Assembly: GCF_006345805.1 (NCBI RefSeq)
Contig: NC_043000.1
Span: 150,412,001 to 150,476,000 of the forward strand
Reading direction: 5' to 3'
Source of the DNA: Octopus sinensis
Taxonomy: Eukaryota
Length of the DNA: 64,000 bases
Shown: piece by piece, positions 50,601 to 61,138 of the stretch
Position numbering within the stretch: the first letter of the stretch is position 1
Layout of the letters: each line of letters opens with the position of its first letter
Notes under the pieces: generated by a model
Seen by the model: only the letters and a program-made list of their open reading frames with translations
What the model was told of the DNA's origin: nothing
The model's database searches: none
Made by a program: the position numbers and the translations under genes

Positions 50601-53600
50601 GTTTTTAGCTCTCTGAATTTGAAATTAATGCTCTTAATTCTGCTTAAACTGTTTGCTGGCCAATACCTGCAGGAAAGACACGAGCTGGGAACTCATACGG
50701 GTCATTGTTCCAGGAAGGATGGATTGGGTACAGTCATTAGTGTCAGGGTGGTGGTAGTGGACAACAAAAAAAAGAATTGAGAGTGCTGGAGTGGAGATGG
50801 TATAAAATCATCCGTCACTGAAGAGCCAGAGGCCAGTGTAGGAGCAATGGAAAAAAGGCAAAGAGGAAACAGTTGCCTCTGCAGCAGAAACTGGAGTATA
50901 TGTCAGAGTGATTTTTATGCCAGTCAGTCAAGTGGCCTTCCTCTGGATAAGATTTAGGATGACTTTGGTTGCAGCTGCATCACTGACCTACATTTGGGAA
51001 CAATGCTACATTGTGAAAGTCATCTGAGTGTTATAGAACAGGTTTTTATGGAATTATCAAGAAAAGGCTCATATCATAGGCTAATTTTTTTCTGACGATT
51101 TTCCCCACAACCTCACCACTTGTTGCAGTCCCTTATCTTTGTGATGTTTAGCCTCTGCAGATCAGCCTTCACCACTACTTTCTTGGGCCTCCTTTGTATC
51201 AGTGCACTCTTCTCTCTTGTGCACAGTATCTAATTCCTTCCTCTTATATATAGTTTTCTTTTAGTCTATTTATGTTCCAACATTCATACACATGAATTTT
51301 ATGCATCCAATAAAGCATAACCCATTTCTTTTCAGTCTTTGCATTCAAAGCCCACATTTTGCTACTCTGTAATATTTAAACTTTGTATGAGGCTTTATGA
51401 ATAATACTATCTACCCATCACTTGGGGCAAGAATCCTTCAAAATAGCTCCATGAATGTTTTCCATCTCATTTTCCCAATTACTATGATTTGGGGAAGTTG
51501 TAATAATTTTGTCTAATCTTATACATAGTCAATGAGCCTGTACTGCTGTAGTTTGCAGGCTGGTGCAAGATTTATTTTGAAGGCAATTAGAAAGAATATA
51601 GAGCAAAGCAAATGAGGAAATGAAAGCAGTTTGGCTTCCAAAAAATGTTTTTATTTCTTCGTTTGCTTTGTGTTATCTTCTGTTAATGTAATAATTCTTA
51701 CATCAAGAGTATTCACTGATATTGTCATAATTTTTAAATATATAGAGGCCGATGCCAGCGCCGCCCCGACTGGCTTCTGTGCCGGTAGCACATAAAGAGC
51801 ACCATCCGAACGTGGCCGTTGCCAGCGCCGCCTTGGCTGGCTTCCGTGCCGGTGGCACGTTAAAAGCTCCAACCGATCGTGGCCGATGCCGGGCCCCCCT
51901 GGCACCTGTGCAGGTGGCACGTAAAAAGCACCCACTACACTCGCGGAGTGGTTGGCGTTAGGAAGGGCATCCAGCTGTAGAAACTCTGCCAGTTCAGACT
52001 GGAGCCTGGTGCAGCCCCTGGCTTCCCAGACCCCGGTTGAACTGTGCTAGCGCGGAAAATGGACGTTAAACGATGATGATGATAGAAAAAGAATATTTAA
52101 AATTTTCTCCAGTATTTAGAGGGATGTGATTTTTGCAGTATAGTGTTAATACTTCACCTTTTTGTAATCTTTACTTATTTTAACTCTGGCTATTAAAATG
52201 CTCTATCTATGATTATACTTAAAGCAGTTTCTCTAAATTTTTAGTTTCTTGATAAGGAATAACCCCATTGCTTTTCAGTGGAACTGGTTAATGTTGCTGT
52301 GAGCATTGAGGCTAAAAGTTGGCATATTTTTTTCAATGTTTGTCATATAACTCACACCCACACCACTGAAATAGTTACATATTGAAGGCTGCAATCAAGT
52401 TGTTTTATTAGTTCTCAATGTCGAAGACCTCACCCAGATCACTGATTATGGCCCATGGGTGGATGTTGTTTACCTTTACTTTGCTAAAGCTTTTGATTCT
52501 GTGTCACACAAAAGACTTATGGCAAAACTCTGCAATGGGTGTGAAAGATGATCTTTTTAACTGGTTGGTGTCCTTCATTCTCAGCCGAAAAGAGGTAGCG
52601 ACTGTTCTTGGTCCCCTTTTGTTTGTTGCATATTTTAATGACATTAGATGCTAACTTAAAGAATGCCACAGTCCTGAAATATACAGATGACACCACCAAA
52701 GTGTAACTTGATAAAAAGGGAAGATCCTGAACACTATAGATCTATCTTGCAATTGGACCTGGACACACTGCAGCAATGGTTCATGGACTGGTAACACAAG
52801 CTGGCTGTGGACAAATGTAGCATCATGCATTTTGGGAGGAAAAACCTAGCACCTACATACTCCCTCCACAATAATATCAAGAAGCCTTCTTGTGAATGTG
52901 ACCTGATCATTACTGACAAGTGATTTGCACTGGACAAAAGCACATCTCTAAAATTGTCAAGAAGACCGAGGGTGTCTTGGCATCACTTGGCAAGACTTTT
53001 GTCAGCTGTTCTCTAGCTATCTTTTTAAAGTTGTATATGACTATGGTGCGGCCACGCTTGGAATTTGCATCACCAGTCTGGAACCCCTATCTTGCTCAGT
53101 ACATTGTTCTGGAAACTATACAGAGATGTGCAACCAAGCAAATATCCTCCATCAGGCATCTACCATACTCTGGATGCCTTGCTTCCCTGGACATGGATAC
53201 ATTGAAGCTCCGACGTCTGTAACTGTCTTGGTAAAAACCTACAAAATTATTAACCATCATGCCAACAACCACCTTGAGCACCATTTTGAATTCCATGTGT
53301 TAAACATGTGTAGGCATGCTTGCAAAGTTAGAAAACAGCATAGCTCCCATGACTTTTGGAAACATTTTTTCACAGTCAGTTGCTAAAGCATGGAACAAAC
53401 TACCTGTATCAGTTGTTGGCTAATGAGACATTGCAGCCTGAAATTCGCCAACACTACACCTGATATCCACCCTCCATACACATGTCTCATACACTTCGCT
53501 TTCCTGACATTTGTACATAATTCTATATATTATGCGTGCACCTTTTGATAAGTTGTAGTGCACCTGAGCACCTATTGTCAGTATTTTAACCATCTAGTTT

Positions 53601-54901
53601 ATGATGAATATTTTACTTATAATATATTTTTTAATTACAATCCCACTCTCAAGGAGTGGAGGTGGGGGACAAGAAAATGGTATAATAGTTTTAAAACTTA
53701 GAAATTAGTAACAGGTGTCCAGTTTCTGATTGAATCTTATATACATTGGTATTAAGATAAAAAAAAAACTAACAAAATTTGCTCAGGTACGGTATGTGTT
53801 TGACATTGCAGTGTCTAGTCCTATTGCTGTTCAACAAAATGGCTGTTAAAAAAAAAACTTCCATCCCTGCCTTAATTGCAACAATTATATGGTTGAAATT
53901 TCATAATTCATTTTCATTGAATTATCTTTACTAAATTGAAATTACATTTCTCTTTTTAATGTTAAGCACCTGGTGGGTTAATTGTTCAAGACACTGATCC
54001 AACTAAACCCTCTCGAGCTGATATATGTGTCTTTACTGCCGAAAAGAATGTAGAAACATTAAAGGCATTTTATGAAGTAAGTTCCATTTTGTTCATTAAT
54101 GTTATGTTTCCAATCATTATTTGTGGTTAATCTTTTGAGACAGCGTGTACATTTTTTTTTTTCATAAGTATTTAGACAAATAAATTTCGATGCTTATTAA
54201 ATACCATTCATTGATTTTGTATTTAAATTTGTTTCAGGTGTTCTTCAAGCTAATTAGACGGTACAAGTACCTTGAAAGATCTTTTGAAGATGAGTTGCAA
54301 AAAGTAAGTTGACTAAATTTTACACTTTTTGTTTATTCAGTGTGTGTGTGTACCAGTATATCCCTTTGTATCTCTTGAGCTTTAATAAATCTATTTGCTG
54401 GTATTGTGCAGAGATTAAGGCCTTTGCAAGTACATAAGTCATTGATAAGCACTTTCCCATATTCTAATTTTATTAATTTGTTAAATGTCTTCAGTTTCAC
54501 TATCACAGCCACTGGAGCACTTATGCTTGTGACTTAACTAAAACTGAAATTGAAATATTTTCCCCCTCGTTTTTCTTATCTCTGAGAATTAGGAGAGACT
54601 ACTTTCAAATTTGTTCTTATCACTTGCTTTATTTTCTTTTTAATTATTAGCCACAAACCCCAACTTTCAAAACATAACTGGTTTCAGTTTCCATTATTTT
54701 CATCTGACCTCTGGGGAACTTATTGCATTTTCAACTTCTCTGATCCTTCTTAGCTTTAGTTAATGTTTATATATATATATAAACATTGGCCTGCTCGCTT
54801 AGCCAGCGGAGTGGCGTCATTTAAAGGCTAAAGCAATGCGAAGCGCATTGTGACCAGCGATGTATAGCAACATCTGATAGCCTGGTCGGAAAAAAAATAT
54901 A

Positions 54902-54960
<59 letters not shown>

Positions 54961-57900
54961 CCATTTAGTAATGCATGTTAATCTTGTATAAAATGTGAAA
55001 GAGTATTTTATTGACTTCAATTATTTTGCAGATTCTCATTTACCTCAAAGCTTACAGTGAGGAAGAGCGCTGTAAGTTGGCTATCATCACAGGGCTGTTC
55101 TTGGCAAATGGCCTGTGCTCAGCAAAAATTCTCTCAAGCCTCTTTGAACAACATGTTGTTAAAGAAGGTATGTTGAAATAATAAACTGAACCTATTTTGT
55201 GTGATTTATTTCATGAATTTCCATTTCTAATTTTCAATTTCAATAAGAATTAGCAATCACTTTATTTGATCAGTTTTATAAAGAATTCTGAAACTTTAGG
55301 GATATTTGAATAACTTTTTTTTTTTTAATTTAAGGTTTATCATTGGAATTTTCCACTATCATGTTCCGAACATGGTTGAATGAAAAAGATATTAATAGTG
55401 TGAGTGCCGCTATGAAACGTTCTCAAATTGAAAACCGCCTTTTGGTAAGTTTCCATTCAATCCATGCTTAAATGTTTATATAATGTCTCTTTTTACTTTA
55501 ATTTGTAAACTGATACTCATACTTTTTTTTCTTTTGTCCGTGCAGGAACTATTTCCAATAAATAAACGCAGTCAGGAGGCTTTTCTCAATCATTTCCAAG
55601 AAGCTGGTCTTGGACCAGTTGCTAATTTACAAGTTAGTTGTATTTCTATCATTTCACCTTTTGATCTTGAATTTTTGATTTGTTATATATTTAAAAATCG
55701 TTTTCTTTTTTTTTAAATGTTGACTTTATTTGAAAATCTCGATTCTCCATTTCTCTTTTTTTTTTTTTTTAAGCGTGTCCAACAATCAGCCGAAGTAAAG
55801 AAAGAGTTACAGAAGGACTTGACAAGAATGATCAATGATAATGAACCCATAAAAGAGGTATTGTTAAAAATTGCTTCATTTTAAAATGTTATAAATTCAT
55901 CATAGTTTAGGTATCTTAGTATTTTTAGTAATGATAATGAACCCATAAAAGAGGTATTGTTAAAAATTGCTTCATTTTAAAATGTTATAAATTCATCATA
56001 GTTTAGGTATCTTAGTATTTTTAGTAATGATAATGAACCCATAAAAGAGGTATTGTTAAAAATTGCTTCATTTTAAAATGTTATAAATTCATCATAGTTT
56101 AGGTATCTTAGTATTTTTAGTAATGATAATGAACCCATAAAAGAGGTATTGTTAAAATTGCTTCATTTTAAAATGTTATAAATTCATCATAGTTTAGGTA
56201 TCTTAGTATTTTTAGTAATGATAATGAACCCATAAAAGAGGTATTGTTAAAAATTGCTTCATTTTAAAATGTTATAAATTCATCATAGTTTAGGTATCTT
56301 TGTATTTTTAGTTTGTCTTACTTGTAAAGCAATTTCATCTATCAGAAATTCATTTGAATTGGTGGGTGGGGTGACCACTTCTGAGTTGGCCTTTTGCAAA
56401 CATAAAATGTTAGGTAGCAGTTTGACTTATAGCATAAGCATATAATATTTCACAAGTAAAGCTTTTGTGGACTTCCCTGCTCAGTAAAAGATGATGCCCA
56501 ATAAACTTGTCAATTTTAGAGAACATTTAATTTTAGAATAAAGGTTGCTTTTCAGTCTTATGGCAGTTATGTCAATAGCCCTTAATCTGATTTTAATTTT
56601 TTTTAATACCAAGTCAGATATTGTGCAGTATTGAAAAAATAATTCTGTAACAGCAGTTTATTATTGATGTGCAGATTGTCTAAATTCATGTAAATAAGTG
56701 TGCTGTTGAATTACATTTATTTCTCACTTCTTTTGGTTATATGCTATGTAGTTTCTTAACAATAAACTAAGAAACCTGTATATAAATTTGAGTTTAGTAA
56801 ACTTTTTTTCTTTTTGTGTGTATAACTTGGGAGGTAAATTTTTTTTCTTTTATCAACATAATAGAGGAAAATACTTACACAATTTGCTCGTGGCTTAACA
56901 TATATACATGCCTAGGCACAGCATAGCTGAATGGTTAAGTTTACTTCAAAATCATGATGGCCCCAGGCTCAATACCATTGTATAGCATTTTCCTTGTCCT
57001 CAGATTAACTCGTACTTTGTGAGTAAAATTGGGGTGGTAAAAACTATAGAAGCCATTTGGATGACATCTCACTTGATTCTGCCTTTAATATTACATTGAG
57101 TACGTGTTTCTGTGTAATGCTAATTCAATGAGTTGGTAACTGGGTAGAATAAAGAACTGAATTCTCACTATCAAAGCTGAAGAGATTGTGTGTGTATATA
57201 CATATTTTTTACAGAGGAAAGCATTACCTAAATAGGTTGGTTTTTTGCCAGATATACAGACAGGCATGAGAATAAATTTGTATGCTATAAATTTTTGTCT
57301 TTGAGAATTATGTCAGGTACAATAAACTTTAAGATTGTCATTAAATGCTTGATTAAATTTGAGAAAAATCGTTTTTTTTTTGCAGATAATTGCTCATTTA
57401 AAAGAATACATGGCTAAGCACAAGCTCTCTGATCATGAAATGGTTGTCTTGGTAAGTAGATTTCTCATTAAATTCCAAATTAGCATTTTAATTGAAAACT
57501 TATGTTCTTGATAACAGCTTTGTATGTCATTTCAATTTTTTCAAATGGATTAAGTATAGACTCTTTAACTCTTAAAAAAAATAAAGGTCTCATTTGGATA
57601 TATTTCTTGCTTATAGTCTGTATAAAATTGTGATGGTAACAGAAAAAGATATTGCACAAATACTTTTAAAGCTTTTTGTCAGTGAACAGGTCGCGGTCTT
57701 AAAGTGACGAAAATATTTTGACAAATTAAACTTAAATGTTGAAGTGAATCAAACGGCTTTTGTGTGTTTCTTAAATGGCTTATAAACACCTTCCACGCTG
57801 CAATTGTTTTCGTTTCAGCACACGATCTCAGATCAAATCACTTGCTATGCGAGTACATCTCCGTAATTTTAAAGCTTTATTTTATGGAAAATCTATTTTA

Positions 57901-59850
57901 AAGTTAAATGGTAAATATTCATAAATACTATGAATTGCCTAAAGCGTTTCTCTTACAATGCATTGGAAATGAGAGATAACAATGTTAGCATTGATTTTCC
58001 AAGAACATTGAGGGAGATCACTCTGATTTCTACAGTTGGTATATGTGGACAGTATTGGAATCATTTTCATTGGTTTGTAAGACTTTCTCTTGTGCTGCTA
58101 AATTGGTTTGTTCCAACAGTTGTCTGAACAAAACTGGGCAGTCTTTTAACTCAGTTTCTGTTTTTGTAGTATGGCTGATGTATTATTCTGACAGCTTCAG
58201 TATTCAGGAAACAACAAAAACTGGAGTTTATCTACAATAAATCCTTTGACATAGCCTCAAGACTGATTAAAAGTAGATTACAGACAACTAAACCAAATGG
58301 TTCTGTAATTGAGTGTCCTGAAAGGTCAGGTCCTATGCCAGAGTGAATTTTCTACTGCATCTGACATTGAGGTGTTTAATAAGGTTTTTCGTGCTTGTAT
58401 TCACCCTGTAGGATTGATGCCATTAACATTATTCACGAACTGTTGCAAGTTGATGGCTGCAGAAGAAATGTGGAGTGTGGGGAGACATTCCAGAGTTGGA
58501 AGCATTGGGTGGGGGTAGGGGATGGCAAGTGAGTCAGGAGTGCTGTGTGTTGCAATGGAACAAAACCTACTAGCTTTGAGAAGAGGCTGCCATAATAGCA
58601 CTTAAGTCAGACAAGACAGCAAGAGGTTGGAGTATATTTTCAAGTGACGTAGTGTCAAGTGGCTTTTATTTTTTTTTTTTATAGATGTAATCTGATGTTG
58701 TGCCATGAGTGCTTGTACAGCGTTAGTAGTTGCTTGATGGGAACTAATATATTTTCTAGCATTAAGATGTAGTCTTCACTATGTTGAGGATGTGTATTCA
58801 CCAGGAAAACTCACCTCAATAATGGTTATGTCTGGCATTTGAAGTGAAACATCATCATCATTTAGTGTCCGCTTTCCATGCTAGCATGGGTTGGACGGTT
58901 CAACTGGGGTCTGTGAAGCCAGAAGGCTGCACCAGGCCCAGTCTGATCTGACAGTGTTTCTACGGCTGGATGCCCTTTGTAACGCCAACCACTCCGTGAG
59001 TGTAGTGGGTGCTTTTTACGTGCCACCCGCACAGGAGCCAGACAGTTTTATATAAATTTGAAGTTGAGAATTTTGTTAGCAAATATGTTTCTAATGTATT
59101 AAGGGTTATTGAGGATTCACCTGTTGCAGATTTTAAGTCTATGAATGGGTTTCAAGATATTCTTTTTTTCATTAGGTTTGGAATACAGTAATGGGAACTG
59201 TTGAATGGAACAAAAAGGAAGAACTCGTAGCAGAGCAAGCTCTCAAGCATTTGCGTAATTACTGTCTTCTGTTTACTGCTGTAGCAAAAACTGAAAAATC
59301 GGAGCTCAACCTCATGGTGAGAATCCAAGAATACTGCTACGACAATATCAATTTTATGAAGGTGTTTCAAAAAATTATAATACTCTTTTATAAATGTAAG
59401 CATTTTCTTTTTACTCATATCATTGTTGTGAAAATTGTGAATTTTTTTGCTAATTCTTACTCTAATGCTTTCATGTGGGGAGAGGCCAACAAGTGCACTT
59501 ATGGGTTTCTTTCTGTAAAAAATGGCCTTTGGTGAGGGATGGGCACTGAATAAGATTTTGTTAGCAAGTGATTGTATAGACCGTTTGATTGATATACAAT
59601 TCAATTTTTATTTTTTCTTAAGCTGAGGTCCTGTCTGAAGATGTGGTCCTAAAGTGGTATCGTGATAGCCCTTCTTCAAAAGGAAAAGGTATCTTTGTTA
59701 GCCAAATGAAGAAATTTGTGGAATGGCTAAAGAGTGCTGAAGAAGGTAAAAGAAATTTTCTTTTGTCTATTTCAATTTAAATTCTCTTAAAAAAAAATTT
59801 TTTTCATATTTTATCTCTTGTTTTTAATTTCTCTTTCAGAATCTGATTAG
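47590..59850 (+). CDS. BZW1/2: Basic leucine zipper and W2 domain protein / eIF5-mimic protein (5MP, krasavietz-like); complete, 13 coding exons, 416 aa
   Basis: Exons 47590-47650, 47810-47892, 49404-49497, 53967-54076, 54238-54303, 55032-55167, 55335-55444, 55546-55632, 55774-55857, 57386-57451, 59176-59395, 59623-59745 and 59840-59850 total 1251 nt in one frame, all GT-AG. Motifs [41 protein letters not shown] and [14 protein letters not shown]. Likely co-ortholog of vertebrate BZW1 and BZW2. Confidence 0.96.
47810..47892 (+). CDS. BZW1/2: BZW coding exon 2 ([13 protein letters not shown]...LEQ)
   Basis: AG/GT flanks, 83 nt, in frame. Confidence 0.95.
48725..50021. repeat. Triple inverted-repeat system: A 48725-48934, B 48978-49144, C 49812-50021
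   Basis: C is the reverse complement of A over 210 bp with 2 differences by eye. B is a shorter reverse complement with a 15-nt deletion. Confidence 0.92.
49404..49497 (+). CDS. BZW1/2: BZW coding exon 3 ([31 protein letters not shown])
   Basis: AG/GT flanks, 94 nt. Confidence 0.95.
52420..53570 (+). pseudogene. CR1-clade LINE reverse transcriptase remnant with 3' UTR
   Basis: [59 protein letters not shown]. The 3' end is related to 25070-25410. Confidence 0.85.
53967..54076 (+). CDS. BZW1/2: BZW coding exon 4 (APGG...TLKAFYE)
   Basis: AG/GT flanks, 110 nt. Confidence 0.93.
54238..54303 (+). CDS. BZW1/2: BZW coding exon 5 ([22 protein letters not shown])
   Basis: AG/GT flanks, 66 nt. Confidence 0.95.
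55032..55167 (+). CDS. BZW1/2: BZW coding exon 6 (ILIYLKAY...QHVVKE)
   Basis: AG/GT flanks, 136 nt. Confidence 0.94.
55335..55444 (+). CDS. BZW1/2: BZW coding exon 7 (GLSLEF...[10 protein letters not shown]...NRLL)
   Basis: AG/GT flanks, 110 nt. Confidence 0.94.
55546..55632 (+). CDS. BZW1/2: BZW coding exon 8 ([10 protein letters not shown]...VANLQ)
   Basis: AG/GT flanks, 87 nt. Confidence 0.93.
55774..55857 (+). CDS. BZW1/2: BZW coding exon 9 ([14 protein letters not shown]...NEPIKE)
   Basis: AG/GT flanks, 84 nt. Its 3' end is the first unit of a 96-bp tandem repeat. Confidence 0.93.
55834..56312 (+). repeat. Five tandem copies of a 96-bp unit spanning the BZW exon 9/intron 9 junction
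   Basis: Units start at 55834, 55930, 56026, 56122 and 56217; nearly identical. Confidence 0.95.
57386..57451 (+). CDS. BZW1/2: BZW coding exon 10 ([22 protein letters not shown])
   Basis: AG/GT flanks, 66 nt. Confidence 0.9.
59176..59395 (+). CDS. BZW1/2: BZW coding exon 11 ([26 protein letters not shown]...LFYK), W2 domain
   Basis: AG/GT flanks, 220 nt; overlaps ORF-track 59191-59535. Confidence 0.97.
59623..59745 (+). CDS. BZW1/2: BZW coding exon 12 ([13 protein letters not shown]...[10 protein letters not shown]), aromatic/acidic boxes
   Basis: AG/GT flanks, 123 nt. Confidence 0.96.
59840..59850 (+). CDS. BZW1/2: BZW terminal coding exon (ESD-stop)
   Basis: Acceptor TTTCTCTTTCAG, then AA TCT GAT TAG. 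Confidence 0.85.
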
Positions 59851-61056
59851 TCTGGGACAGTTACCAAGTACTTATTGTTCAGCGACATGGTCCCTCTACT
59901 ATTAAAATTGTTAACAGACTGATACTGCCAAAGATTTTTACTTATTCCTACAGCATATAAAGCCCAGAAGAAATAACTATTTTGGATTTGGACTAATAGA
60001 TATTTGCGAAACTCCCAGAACCTTTTACACAGGTGTTGAGTTTTGCAATAAAAGTTATGAAATTGCCAACAAAGCTTTCACTTTGTCATTTCACTTACGT
60101 TTTCACAATTTACCATAAAAGTAATGTTTTAGTTTTTCATGTAAATTTTTTTTCAACTGCTTTTGTGACTGCATCCCTTCCCTCCTCTTGTCTATAATTT
60201 CACATTGAAATGATATCCTTTTTTTCCCCCCTTCTCCTAATGAGATACAGGAAGTGATTACATGCTGGAACACATTGATCTCTGGTTATCCAGATTGGTT
60301 TGGTAGCAACTTTTTAGAGGGATAAATGGTGGACATTTTTTAACTTGAAAAACAGTTTTTGTAAGTGACAGAACTTCTAATAAAAGTGTCTAATGGTAAA
60401 TGAATTTTCCAAACTTTTCTGTGTTTATCCCATTTATTTTTCATTCCTTACAAAAGTTTTCTTTTAACTTAGTAACTTGGAAATTCCTTTTCTAAACTTA
60501 ATATCTTTTGTCATTTTCAATAATTTCTCAGACTTTCAAACTTCTAGTTTTTTTTTTGTGCTTTTAATGGAATGATTGTTTTCATGCTAGTTAAAACTGG
60601 GACTTATTCCAACTTTTAAGCATGATGACTTAAAGAAGTAAAAAAAAATTTTTTTAAATGAACTGATACAATGGAAACAAATCAAAGTATTGAAATTAAA
60701 ATAAAACAAGCTTCGGTGACAATTTTTATTTATTACTGTACAGATTACAACTGCTTAATTTTTTTTTTTTTTTTTTTTTAAATTTCAAGCAATTTTTCTA
60801 GATGAGTTCTGAAAGTGTTTATTACAATTAGTTTTGGCAAAATATTTGATGTATTTTTGTCCCATTCTTTTCTGAAGATGAAACATGAGCTCGCATGCAT
60901 ATATGTATATAATATATAGGGATGGCTGGTTGGTTTGATATCTTATATAGAAAACAATGTTTCAATGGCTAAATATTTAGATCACTTAGCTGAAGAAAAA
61001 AAAAAAATAGATGCATTTGGCTACATAGCAGTTTTAGAAATTCAGGCTTTTCAGTT
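59851..61056. terminator. Convergent 3' UTRs of BZW and RSU1 with candidate poly(A) signals
   Basis: AATAAA on + at 60047, 60379, 60700; AATAAA on - at 60433, 60725, 60729, 60818. No recognisable TE in the interval. Confidence 0.5.
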
Positions 61057-61138
61057 TCACTTTTTGGAATATTTTTTGGGCCGATCTGTTTTCCGTTGGG
61101 CTGGTTCAGGCTTAGCTTCCATGTGACGACCATACAAA
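61057..61138 (-). CDS. RSU1: RSU1 terminal coding exon ([13 protein letters not shown]...YSKK-stop)
   Basis: Acceptor TTTTTATTCTTAG, TGA at 61059-61057. Confidence 0.92.
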
